From: Prorocentrum cordatum
Lineage: Eukaryota
Direction: 5' to 3'
Length of the DNA stretch: 55,046 nt
Assembly (NCBI GenBank): GCA_963575745.1
Contig: CAUYUJ010000188.1
Coordinates: 62,001-117,046, forward strand
Below the pieces are notes generated by a model. It made no database searches and was not told the DNA's origin. It saw only the letters and a list, made by a program, of their open reading frames with translations. Position 1 is the first letter of the stretch. Every line of letters begins with the position of its first letter. The position numbers and the translations under genes were made by a program. Shown here piece by piece: positions 1 to 12,268 of this stretch.

Positions 1-759
1 CTCGTGACACCCTCTTGGGCCATCGTGGCCGCTCACAACAAACAAACATTGAAATACAAGGAGCCATCCCCCACCCAGCGATCCGCCCGCCTGAAACTCG
101 TAAGTCCCACCAGACCTCTAGACGTGAGTGGTTTAACGAGCTCCTTCTGCAGATTCCCATCTTCCGGATCCAAGAGATCCGCGCGGAGCTCCAACAAATG
201 ATGTATATGAGTGTTTTTTCTTCTTCGATTCGTGCTGCTACACATCACACATCACACATTGGATCAACTCCCCTGGTGATTGTTTTCCGATGGGCTGGTG
301 GGGACGCTTTTCCGTCGCGGCCGCAGGCGAAGGCGCACAGCGGCGACACAAGTCAGCTCGGGCTGTGCTCCGAGCAACTGGTGGGGACGCTGTTTGGCTC
401 GCGAGCGACGCAGGCAGCTGCGCGCCGTCCAAACAGGTAACAAGGTGGGGACGTGCGGAGCGTCAAGAATTCCAACGAGAACCGATCCGCGCTCCCCGGC
501 ACGTCACAAGGCCAGGACCCTCTGAGACCGTGCCCGTGCCCTCCCCTGGGCCCCCTCCCTCCCATGGTCCCTGCTGGTTTCCGTCTCTTGCCTGGGCCCC
601 CTGCCCTCACGCTGGTCCACGTGGTTCCTTCCCCCCCGCGGCCCCCTTCCCTCCTCTGGTCCCCTCCGCTGGTCCCCATCCCTCGCCCTGTCTCCCCCCC
701 GTGGCCCCCACCCTTCCCCGTGGTCCCCCCTCTCTCCCCTGGCCCCCTCCCTCCCCTCC

Positions 760-899
760 TGATGGGCCTGTTTTTCACCACTAGGGGAAGAAGGAGGTGG
801 AAGAGGAGGAGGAAGAGGAGGAGGAGGAGGAGGAGGAGGAGGAGGAGGATCCCCTCCCCCTCCAACCTATGGTGGTGGTGGTGGAAAACAGGCCCATCA
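760..899. mobile_element. Short TIR element carrying a (GAG)n tract
   Basis: 21-bp TIRs TGATGGGCCTGTTTT(T/C)CACCA at 760-780 and 879-899 (one mismatch). The same terminus recurs at 1663-1682, running into the N gap. Confidence 0.7.
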
Positions 900-957
900 C
901 CTCTGGCCCACTCCCCTCGCCCAAGACGACAAAGCAGCCAGCCAATCGACCAGCCTA

Positions 958-1300
958 CGGCAGGTTCGTGTCGTGCCGACTTTCGGCGATGGACAAACCT
1001 CCATTTAGTGAAAACGGCCTAGGATCGAAACCGACTGACCTGGACCTGCAAAAATGACGGCCGCGACGCCCTCTCGCGAACCGAAAACGCCAATTCGCTA
1101 AGCGACGTGTCAGGGCAGGAGGTCTGTCAACCTCCGAGACTTCCGCGCTGGTTCCTGACACCGCGCGGATCGTTCAACCTGAAACGATCGGCCGTTTCCG
1201 AAGCGCCAGATCTTTGAACATCGACCGATTCTGGGCCGCCGCCAGCGTTCAACGTGGAACGGGCGGGGTCGCTGCCGGTCGGCACGACGCGAACCTAGCG
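958..1300. mobile_element. MITE family A, copy 1 (TA-flanked, 23-bp TIRs)
   Basis: TA|CGGCAGGTTCGTGTCGTGCCGAC...GTCGGCACGACGCGAACCTAGCG|TA (TIR match 20/23). Related copies are at 37921-38108, 44009-44182 and ~41875-42027 (partial). Confidence 0.8.
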
Positions 1301-1324
1301 TACCAGCCGCACCTGCCAACTAAC

Positions 1325-1480
1325 CAACAAACACACAAATAAATACACACTAATCTCAGGATTCCCCAGATTTTCCTATAATTTCTGGGCTTCTGGCTTC
1401 CCCCCACTTCCCATATTTTCGCATGTTTTCCTGGGAATCGACGATTCTTTGCGTCTGTGTTTGTCCCCCCCTGGTGATTA
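1325..1480 (+). repeat. AT-rich dispersed repeat, second copy at ~3625-3780
   Basis: Both copies share the blocks ACACACAAATAAATA, ACTTCCCAT, GG(A/G)ATCGACG and GTCTGTGT in the same order. Confidence 0.75.
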
Positions 1481-1682
1481 GCCAGCCAACCAGCCAGCCA
1501 CTCTCCCGGCCAGCCACCCAGGCAGTGCGGAAATCAGAAGAAGGGTACCGCCGGCAGCAGGCGAAGCCCTCCGGCTAGCCACCAAACTGCCCGGAAGCGG
1601 CATCGTAGGCCGCCTGCTGGGCCTCCGAGCGGTAGGGCGGGTTGCACACCACCACGTGATACTGATGGGCCTGTTTTCCACC

Positions 1683-1782
1683 NNNNNNNNNNNNNNNNNN
1701 NNNNNNNNNNNNNNNNNNNNNNNNNNNNNNNNNNNNNNNNNNNNNNNNNNNNNNNNNNNNNNNNNNNNNNNNNNNNNNNNNN
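1683..1782. other. Assembly gap (100 N)
   Basis: Run of N. Confidence 0.99.
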
Positions 1783-4700
1783 TCCTCCCTCCTCCTCCTC
1801 CTCCTCCTCCTCCTCCTCCTCCTCCTCCTCCTCCTCCTCCTCCTCCTCCTCAGGATGGGAGAGACGGGTCCTGAGGGGCACGGGTCCTGGGCCCCGGGGC
1901 TGCCCCCCAGGACGAGATCCTCATCCCGAGCCGTTTTCTGACAGCCCCGGGGCCCGCGGAGGGCACCGAGGGCCCGAGGACGGCGACAAACCTCAGGACC
2001 TGAATATGGCTTCCATGGAGGTTGGTTGGGGCGGTAGGTGGCTGCGTGTGTGTGCCGGCGCCGCTCACCGCAGCAATTTTAGACACAAGTTGAGTTGTGG
2101 CAGGATCTAAACACCAGTTCACTTTCTGTAGAAGTGTCAGCTTGAATCGAAGAGCCATTGCATAAACAGATCGTCGAGGAACTTGTCTGCTTGAATCGCC
2201 GAGGAGCCCCCTTTCCAGATCTGGTTCCCCAATGCGACCGTTTCGACATTGGGCGGGGCTCATGATCTCTGCTTAACGCGATTGCTGTTGCAACAGTGCG
2301 TCCTACGGGGGAGGCCCGACTTGCTCGAAACAGGCGCCAAAAACAGCCCAGGTCTACTCCATGGGGGGGGAGGGGGGGGCTCGAGGGCTCGCGCCGATCG
2401 GCAAAGCAATGAATAAGAAAACGATCACCATGGCGAATAATTGTGCGCACCCGCTTGGAGGAGCACGTCCGAGCCGAGCCCATGACACAGGCATCTCACA
2501 GCACATCGTCACCCGGGCGGTGTGAGCTCCGAGCGCGCGGGTCGCCCCTTGCAGGGCGGACGCGCACCTCGCAGAAGCATGTTTGAGTGATGCCGATTGC
2601 CTCCTCCTCTCCTCCTCCGCCTCCTCCTCTTCCTCCGCCGCCTTCGCCGCCGCCGCCTCCTCCTCCTCCTCCTCCTCCTCCTCCTCCTCCTCCTCTTCTC
2701 CTCCTCCTCCTCCTCCTCCTCCTCCTCCTCCTCCTCCTCCCCCTCCTCCCCCTTCTCCTCCTCCTCCTCCTCCTCCTCCTCCTCCTCCTTCTCCTCCTCC
2801 TCCTCCTCCTCCTCCTCCTCCTTGGGGTGATGCCGATCGCCGCCTCCGTGCCGAGCCTCGCCAGCGCCCGCCTCCTCGAACTCCAGGGGCACGCCGGCCG
2901 CCCGCCAGACCACCGCGTAGGGGCCCGCCCGCCAGAGCAGCTGGATCGGAGCCGCCCCATCGGCCATGCGAGCGGGCGGCGGCGAGGAGGCATGTGGTGC
3001 CGAAGGCTCCGGATGGGACGCAGAAGGACATACTAGTACTATATGTCCTGCTCGAAGGCGCGCGTCCTGCCCGAACACATAGTACACCCATCCTGTAGTA
3101 CATCGTTTCCCGAGCGGTGTGGCCAGGAAGCGCCCGCAACGACGCATATACTGTAAGATTTCTCGGTGCGCGCGTCGCCCCTTGGGGGGCGACGCACACA
3201 TAGTATTAGTATGTTTGGGCGACGCCGACCTGAGCCCAGGCGGCTACAGTCAGGGCGGATTGAACGGAGGACCGGCGAGGGGGCACGAGTCCCTTCCCGA
3301 GAGCAGCGCCACGCTCCAGGCGTGAGGAAGGCACGGAGCGCGATAGACGAACGGAGTCGAAACGGAAACGGTCCACGAGGTTGCTGCGAGCGTCGGTTTG
3401 GTCGATCCCTGCCCCAGGACCCTCTGCTGACACCCGCCAGACAGCCAGGGACAGCCCGAACACCTCGTGAAGCCTCATCCGAGGCCCGCGAGGAGCTCCC
3501 AGGAGGGCCCCAGACCTGACGCCGTCGGGCGTTTCGATCTGTGTTTCCCCTGCAGGTCGTCTGGGTTCAAGGTTGCATCCAGTCTCACTCTGCATGGCGC
3601 CCCGCTAGTCTGAAGGTGCCCTGAGACACACAAATAAATAGACACAAATACCAAGATTCCCTATATTTTCTAATGTTTTCAGGAGTTCCGTCTTCCCCCC
3701 CCAAACTTCCCATGTTTCCCATATTTTCCAGGGGATCGACGCTGAATTGTGTCTGTGTGTTTTCCCCTCTTGATAATCCAGACCCGAGAAACCCCAAGAA
3801 GCCCCACCGCGATGCAACCCGGCTGCGCAGCTTCCCCCACGGTGCGGTGGCGGGGTGGGCGCGGCGCAGCGGGGGATGGATCGCGAAATTCTGGTGTTGG
3901 ACCTCCCACGAGCAGCAGCTCGTGGAGATGGCACCATGCGATCAAGCGCGCACGGGCTGGCATGACTCCTCCTCCTCCACCTCCTCCTCCTCTCCTCCTC
4001 CTCCTCCTGCTCCTCCTCCTCCTCCTCCTCCTCCTCCTCCTCCTCCTCCTCCTCCTACTGCCTCCCTTACTCCTCTCCTCTCCTCCTCCTCCTCCTCCTC
4101 CCCCTCCTCCTCCGCCTCCTCCTCCTCCTCCTCCTCCTCCTCCTCCTCCTCTCCTCCTCCTCCTCCTCTCCTCCTCCCCTCCTCCTCCCCGCCTCCTCCG
4201 CCTCCTCCTCCTCCCTCCCTCCTCCTCCTCCTCCTCCTCCTCCTCCTCCTCCTCCTCCTCCTCCTCCGCCTCCTCCTCCTCATCCTCATCATCATCATCT
4301 CCCTCCTCCTCCTCCTCCTCCTCCTCCTCCTTCTCCTCCTCCTCCTCCTCATCTTCCTCATCTTCAGATCCAAGTGGGGACCGCGGGGCTGCGGGCCTAA
4401 GGCATCTTGACTAGCCACGTGAGCGCCTTGAAGCAGAAGGCAGTCAGAGCTTGAAGCCCACATCGAACGGTGCCAATCCGTGGACGCAACGCTGACACCA
4501 CCTGGAACTCTCCTGGCTGCACCCCCTGGAGGGGGAACCCCTCGCGTCGGCGATACCTCGAGAGCGGCGCCGAAGCTGACGGGTGTCCTCCAGGTGGGCA
4601 AGGACCACAGCTTCCCCTAGATGCGGCTGGTTTTGTGCGGCCGAGTCCGATTGGAGAGGACACGAGAGAGGGTCGCAAGACGCTTTCGAAGGGCACACCG

Positions 4701-5264
4701 CCCCAGGACTGCAATGGGCGCAGGGCGCGAACACACGGGAACAGGACGCACGGGCGCCCTTGATCTGGAAGGGTCGGCCTTCTAATCGACCTCGACTGTA
4801 CGAAGCGCCAGCCCGCGGCGACGCGGAGGGCAACCGACCAGGCCGGGGAAGGGCCTTGTAGACGTCGCTCGCGTGGATGCCCTCCTGCGGGGGAGGGGGA
4901 CAGCGGGGGACAGAGAGGCACTGGCGGACGGCGCCAGGAATGAGAAGCTGCACGGGCAGACAGCCGCTGCGCTCCCCCCGACGACGACGACGACGACGAC
5001 GACGAGAAGGAGGAAGAGGAGGAGGGGGAGGGGGAGGAGGACAAGCTAGGTGCGCTCGCGTCATATCTGACATCCTACCCCTCCCTCCCATCCCTTACCA
5101 TGGCGCAGATCCCCTCTCTACTCGCACAGTCGGATGTCGAGCAGGGCAATGATCCCGAAAGGGTACGCGATGCATTGTAGAGCACGGCATGGCATGGCGT
5201 AGAAGAGCACCGCAAAGCGTAGTATCAACCTAGCATTGCATTGCATGCCGTGGCATGGCACGGG

Positions 5265-5460
5265 AAATGACGCCAGCGCTGCAGCGGGAGCACGAGTCGA
5301 AACGAGCGGAAGCGCGGAAATGAGGCCAGCGCTGCAGCGGGAGCACGATTCGGAACGAGCGGAAGCACGGAAATGAGGCCAACGCTGCAGCGGGAGCACG
5401 ATTCGGAACGAGCGGGGCCCGAAAATGAGGCCGGCGCCTCAGCGAGAGCAGCATTTTGAA
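5265..5460 (+). repeat. ~52-bp tandem repeat (3-4 copies); a single related unit at ~54568-54658
   Basis: Unit AAATGAGGCCA.CGCTGCAGCGGGAGCACGATTCGGAACGAGCGG. Confidence 0.85.
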
Positions 5461-7953
5461 AAAAATGCAAGCGAAAACCCAACTCCGGGGAAACCTGTGT
5501 GTACAAAAAAACAAAACGCGGGGGGGGGGGTCGAGCATTTTCAAACCGTCATCCGGGGAAGAGGGAGAGTAGTTTCATATTAACTGTAGAGGAGGAGGAG
5601 GAGGAGGAGGAGGAGGAGTTACCTTCATCAACCGTTAGCAGCAGGAGGAGGGCGGCGACGACGATGGCGGCAGCGGCGGCGGCGGCGAACGACGACCACG
5701 AAAACGGCGGCGGCGACGACAAGAAGCGAGGCCCCAACTTCGAGCCAAACTGAGAGGGGGCGCGCTCCTTCCCCCGGAGGCCACTGGGGTGTCCGAAAGC
5801 CAAGCCTTGATTGGACACGTCGGGAGAAAGGGGGGCCACAAACGGTGTGGTGACCACGCCGTGTGGAATCGGTAGGGATGCGGGGTCACCGTTCGGTTTT
5901 GGGACTTGAATCGTTCTCCCAGGACGCCTCGAGCGACTGGGGCCTCCAGGGTCCCCAAACCGTGTGGGGACGGGCGGTGCGGTGAGGTCTTTGGGGGGGT
6001 CCGAAGTCACCGCGCGGTCTGTCGCCAAACGGCTGTGGGACCCACGAGGTCTGCAGGTGGTCGCAGAGGTCAGCCGCTACGCGCTGCGGAGGGGGAAGGG
6101 GCCTAGGGCGGGGGGGCGATGTCCAGATCAAGCACTGCAGAGAAGGCCTCGCCGAACGAGCAGACGGCGGCGGAAGGCAAAACGGGGGCAGGCTCGTCGC
6201 CGGGAGGCCGGCGGAGTCCAGAGTCTGCGACAGCTGGCGGATATGAAAGATCCGCCGATCTGGCGTGTGCGTTTCAAAGCGCCGCAGCTACATCCCCCAG
6301 CCTTAGCTTCAGCTCTGCTCGGGGGGGGGGCCAGGGGAGCTTCGCCGAGGAAAGGGGGGGAGAGCTGCTTCGCCTATGCTCCGCCTGTGCTCCGCTTGTG
6401 CTCCGAATGTGCTCCATTTTCTGGGCGGGGCGGGGACACAGAAAAATCAGCCAAATTCCCACCAAATCATTGGTTTTCTATACGCTTTTGTAAGATTGGG
6501 GCGCCTCGTTCTTTTCCGCCTCCCGACTGCACACGACGACCCCAGAGGCCCCCAAGATCGCCCCAGGGGCCCCAAGATGGCCCCATGATGGCCCAAGAGG
6601 CTCCTTAGACGGCCCCAAGAGGATCCCAAGACAGGCCCATAGGCCTCCAAGACGGCCAAGATGGCCTCCCGGGCGGCCCTGAAGCGCCCCCAGATGGCTT
6701 CCAGACGGCGCAGCAAGGCGCCCAAGAGGGCTTCCGACGGCGTCCGACAGATCAGGAACGCTCAAAGACGGCCAAAGAGGCTCCCAAGAAGCCCCCAAAA
6801 GGCTCAAAGATCCACTCAAGAGGCCTCCTCCTACCACGGCCCCACGAGGGCCCCAAGACGGCCCCATAGGCATCCAAGCGAACCCGAGCACCATCGGGAG
6901 CGCCCCGGATCGGCGGCACTGGCCCAAGGGCAACTACAATCGCTCCCAAGAGATGACAACGTTGCGGCGTTCACGCAACAACGCGGATTTCGGACACCCT
7001 GAACCAAAAAACGAATTGATCTCTTGGGGCGCAACTTTTATTTCCGCCGCCTTCCGCCAACCTTCCGCAGGCGGAGGCGGCCCGGTTTCACTTCCGCCGC
7101 CCTTCAGCCGGCTTCCGCCGCGGAAGGGATGACAATGCTTCGATCCTCGAAGGCAAGGCCCTGGTTGGAGCGCCTCACATGAAGGGCCGCTTTTGTTTTT
7201 CGGGGGGGGGACAGAGCCCCATGTGGCAAAGCACCCTCTGATGGAAGCGGCCCAGGGGCCCAAACCCCGCGGCGCAGGCCTCCAAAAGTGGCGGCCACAT
7301 CGCCCCCCCGAGAAGCCAGAAAGAGGCCCTGCGCAGGCGGACTCGCGACTCGACTTGGCAGGGCGTGGGCCCTGCCAAACCTGGAGTGCTCAAGAGAGCA
7401 TGCACTCTCAGTCGCCCCCCCGCCCCTGACGTAAAAAAAACACTAAGCCTCGAGAGAGAGAGAGAGAGACCAGCTCTCTGAAGGCGACCACCCCCGCCCC
7501 CAGCGCCCCTGGAAAGGCATCCGCGGACCAGGCCCGAGGCACACGCTGCCTCGAACACCACCCAGCGCGCCCCGCCTCAGCGGACGAAAATAGAGGGAAG
7601 AGAACTATGCACATGCACCGATTCTGGCCAGGCCCATCCTGAGCCCAGGATCGGTGCATACGCCCTCCTACCTTGGCCAGGACGGCATATGCACCGATCC
7701 TGGGTCAAGGATGGGCCTTGCCAGGATCAGTGCATGTGCATAGTTCTCTTCGCCCGAGAAAAGACCCACCGATCAGCCCCAGCTCGGACCTCGGGACCAC
7801 GGGCTCGGCTGGTGAGACGCGGCACGCTGGAGCCACCGCCCCTTCCACAGCTGGCAAAGGCATCCGCGGACCAGGCCCGAGGCACACGCTGCCTCGAACA
7901 CCACCCAGCGCGCCCCGCCTCAGCGGACGAAAAGACCCACCGATCAGCCCCAA

Positions 7954-8036
7954 CTCGGACCGGTGAGACGCGGGAGAGGCTCCGCGGGGCCGGGGCGGGG
8001 CTCCGCGGAGCCTCTCCCGCGTCTCACCGGTCCGAG
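7954..8036. repeat. Perfect 34-bp inverted repeat with 15-nt spacer
   Basis: 7954-7987 is the exact reverse complement of 8003-8036. Confidence 0.9.
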
Positions 8037-8554
8037 GACAAAGATGATGACCTCTTCGCCTGAGGAGGCGGCGATCGCCTTGAACATCGAGGACGACAAG
8101 GAGAAAGAGAAGGAAGAGGAAGAGGCAGAGGAGGAGGAGGAGGAGGAGGAGGAGGAGGAGGAGGAGGAGGGCTCGGCTGGTGAGACGCGGCACGCTGGAG
8201 CCACCGCCCCTTCCACAGCTGGCTCCGGCTCCCCTGCCCTCGCCCTCCTGCCACCTCCCTCGCCCAACCCCTCCCCCTCCTCGCGATCATTACCTTCCCC
8301 CCTCTTCCCTCCTCATCCGTCCGCCTCCACCGTTCCCATCTCCTCCTCCTCCTCCTCCTCCTCCTCCTCCTCCTCCTCCTTTTCCCCTCATCTGAATCCT
8401 CCTCCTGATCCTCCACTCTTGTTCCTTATGAATGAATCTTCCCTGTCGCACCCTGCGGCCAGTCGGAAGGGCGGGCTGGGCGTTTCGCCTGAGACTTCCT
8501 TACCTATACGACCACCCTTCGGGTGAAAAGGAGGTTCGGGGGGGAGGAACCAAC

Positions 8555-8790
8555 GTCTCACTCGATCGGTCTCACTATCGATCTCACTATCGATCTCACT
8601 ATCGGTCTCGCTGGATCGATCTCACTCGATCGATCTCACTCAATCTATTTCATTCGGTCGATCTCACAATCGATCTGACGATCGATCGCACTATCGATCC
8701 CACTATCGATCTCACAATCGATCTCACAATCGATCTCACATTCGGTATCGCGATCAATCACACTATCGGTATCACAATCGATCTCACAAC
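8555..8790 (+). repeat. 12-bp minisatellite (ATCGATCTCAC(T/A))
   Basis: Direct inspection. Confidence 0.9.
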
Positions 8791-8794
8791 CAAC

Positions 8795-8795
8795 G

Positions 8796-8869
<74 letters not shown>

Positions 8870-9716
8870 GGGACACCATCATCACCACCTCATCACCATC
8901 ATCATCAACATCATCATCAGCATCATCATCACCATCATCATCATCATCGGGACACCATCATCGTCACCATCATCATCATCAACATCATCATCATCGGGAC
9001 AACATAATCATCATCATCGGGGCACCACAATCATCTTCATCATCATTATCATCATCATCATCATTATTATTATCATCATCATCATCATCATCATCAAAAC
9101 TCATGAACAACATCATCAACATCATCAACATCATCATCATCGGGACACCATCATCATCAGCAGCAACACCATCATCACAATCATCATCATCATCATCATC
9201 ATCATCATTATCATCATCATCGGGGCACCATCATCATCATCAACATCAGCGTCATCATCATCACCATCATCGGGCCACCATCATCAAAATCATCATCACC
9301 ATCTTATCATCATCCTCATCATCAACATCATCATCATCGGGAGACCATCATCGCCATCATAATCATTATCATCATCATCATAATCAACATCATCATCATG
9401 GGATCACCATCGCCACATCACCATCATCATCATCAGCAACACCATCAACCCCATCATCATCATCGGGACACCATCATCATCATCATCTTCATCATCATCT
9501 CATCACCATCTCATTACCACCGACATCATCAGGATCATCAACATCACCATCATTATCAGCATCAGCATCATCAGCATCAGCATCATCAGCATCGGGACAC
9601 CATCATCATCATCAACAACATTATCACCATCATCATCATCGGGACACCATCATCACCACCGTTACCATCATCATCATCATCAGCATCATCAGCAGCAACA
9701 TCATCAACATCGTCAA

Positions 9717-9771
<55 letters not shown>

Positions 9772-9839
9772 GGGACACCATCATCACCACCATCAGCATC
9801 ATCAGCATCATCAACATCATCGACATCATCATCATCACC

Positions 9840-9923
<84 letters not shown>

Positions 9924-9924
9924 G

Positions 9925-9970
<46 letters not shown>
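8795..9970 (+). repeat. (CAT)n array punctuated by CGGGACAC
   Basis: Direct inspection. Confidence 0.95.
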
Positions 9971-9971
<1 letters not shown>

Positions 9972-11620
9972 GGGACACCGACGGGACACCGGCGGGACAC
10001 CGGCGGGACACCGCGCCCCACCGGCCCCTGGAAAGGAAACATTTGGTCCGGCCGCGCCTCAGCCGCAGGCTTGACACCGGCGGGACACCGCGCCCCACCG
10101 GCCCCCGGAAAGGAAACATTTGGTCCGGCCGCGCCTCAGCCGGAGGAGACTTTCTTCTCGCCCGCCCACGCAATTATGCCTCGCCCGCACGCACGACACG
10201 CACGAACACGAAACCGAAACCGATTTCCCGGTAGGGGGGCTTTCCGTTCCACTTCGATCTCACCCCCTCACCTCCGACCACGTATGAGCCTGAAGCTTAG
10301 AAATTGGAAAAAGTTTCATAAATGGAGGGCGGGTCGCTTCCAAAATGTGGCTCTCACTTTGGCGCCGCGCACACCTTCTTACAAAATTTGCGAACGCTTC
10401 ACGGATTGAAGGCGGGCCGTTTTCAAAATATGGCTCTCGCCTCAGCGCCGCGCGCATTCTTTTCAAACATTTGCAAGAGCTTCACGGATTGAAGGCGGGC
10501 GGTTTTGAAAATGTGGTTACCGCCTAAGCGCCGAGCAGATTGTTTTCTTATACATATAAAGAAAAACGCAAGCGCTTCACGAATTGAAAACAATTCCTTT
10601 TCAAAACGGGGCTCTCGCTTCAGCGACGCGTGCACTCGTTGTAAAATATACAACTGTTTCACTGAATGTCATGGTTAACGTGTCAGAAACATTGTTCTGG
10701 AACGACTCATGATTGCAAGTGCGCAACAGTTCGGTGGATTCGCGGTGTAGAAGTCCCACGGGTTGTGCTATGGCACGATTCAGGGAGCGCCAGGACGCAA
10801 CAATCACGTGGTCTCCTGCAAATGGTGATTTGGCACGTTTCGGGATTTCCATACGACTGTTCCCCAATGGAGGAATTCCCTCAGCGGAAGGGAGCCCTCG
10901 TGTAGGTGTTTATTAAGAGGGAACTTGGAAGGAGGGTGGATCCCAACATCGTTGGTGAACCTTGGGTTCGCACTGGTCCTCCTCTTCCTCTTCCGCTCCT
11001 CCCATACCACCTATCTCTCTCCCACCTCTGTCATCCGCCTCCTTCCTCCCCTTTCCTCTTCTTCGCATCATACTAACCCTCACCATCCCCATCCTCACCT
11101 TCATCCTCCTTACCATCAGCATTCTCTCGTTAAAGGCTTAACGACTTCTGCCGTCCTTCGACTCGCGCTGGAAGGGCCGCGAGTTGCTTCACCTTTCCTC
11201 GGAGATCTTTGGATTTACCCGGATTTGTTTCGATTTGCCTGGATTTATCTGGATTTACCTCGATTTATCTGCATTTACCTGGATTTTTCTGGCTCGCTCC
11301 CCACAAGTCGATCGGCGAAAAGTCGACAAGCCCTTAGGGATTCTCCGATCCATAATCAGCATCATCGCCATCCTCCTCCTCATCATCACCATCCTCGTCG
11401 TCATCCGCATCACATAAACATCCCCCCCCCCCGAACTTCCTCACCGGCCCCTCGCCCTCTGCCCAAGAGGTCGCCGAGCCCCCCTCAAGCCTCCAAAATA
11501 CGGACGACAACAGGCTGGCAACGCGGCGTTCCAAAACGGGCGCGAGGCTCTGCTCTGAGGGCGTTGGGGCCTCTGTAAGAACGGTTTTTTGAAGGCAGAT
11601 CTGCCTTCAAAGAATGGTCT

Positions 11621-11680
11621 ACTCTGTAAGAACGGTTTTTTGAAGGCAGATCTGCCTTCAAAAAACCGTTCTTACAGAGT
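11621..11680. repeat. Perfect 60-bp loopless palindrome, preceded by a truncated copy (11572-11611)
   Basis: ACTCTGTAAGAACGGTTTTTTGAAGGCAGA|TCTGCCTTCAAAAAACCGTTCTTACAGAGT. Confidence 0.95.
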
Positions 11681-12268
11681 GAACCGCCCCTCCACTGCGC
11701 AATCTGTCCGACGCCCCGAAAAAAAATGGGCCATGGACGGGCCCCCGACAGCAGCAATGCCGCCAGAGCGCGCGCGCAGACCGCCCCCGGGGGCGAGGGG
11801 ACAGGAAAATGAGGAGCAGGAGATCAAAGAGGAGGACGAGGAAGATATTGTATCCTCTGCGAGCCGCGAGGCAGGACCGAGGGGGCCAACGGTGAAGCCA
11901 ACGATGAAGGTCGCGCGCAGTGAGCGACCTCCCTGCAACAAACAAGAGCCCGACGATGTTCGTCGGACAACGCGGCGGGTTAACAGGCTCAGCCCAGGCC
12001 GCGGGCGCCCAGAGGGCGCCGGTTACAGATGCCAAAAAGACGAGCCCGTCCGATGGCCTAGGGGAAGCGAAGCGCAGCCTGCATCGTGCCCTTCTCGCCA
12101 CAAGCTAAGCCCAAGGCCTGCGCGGCCAATCGGCGAGTCAGCAGGCTGCGCTATACTGCCCATGGATAAAACACCACTGGCAGCAGGACACGAGCGAGGG
12201 GGAAACAGCAAAGTCAAGTCCAGTTTGGCACCAGCCGAACCAAGGCGATCCCCTCAAAATCACGGCCA

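Noticed and set aside
33..248. HLLELRADL ankyrin-like phrase
   Set aside because: No other ankyrin consensus positions are nearby, and it lies at the window edge.
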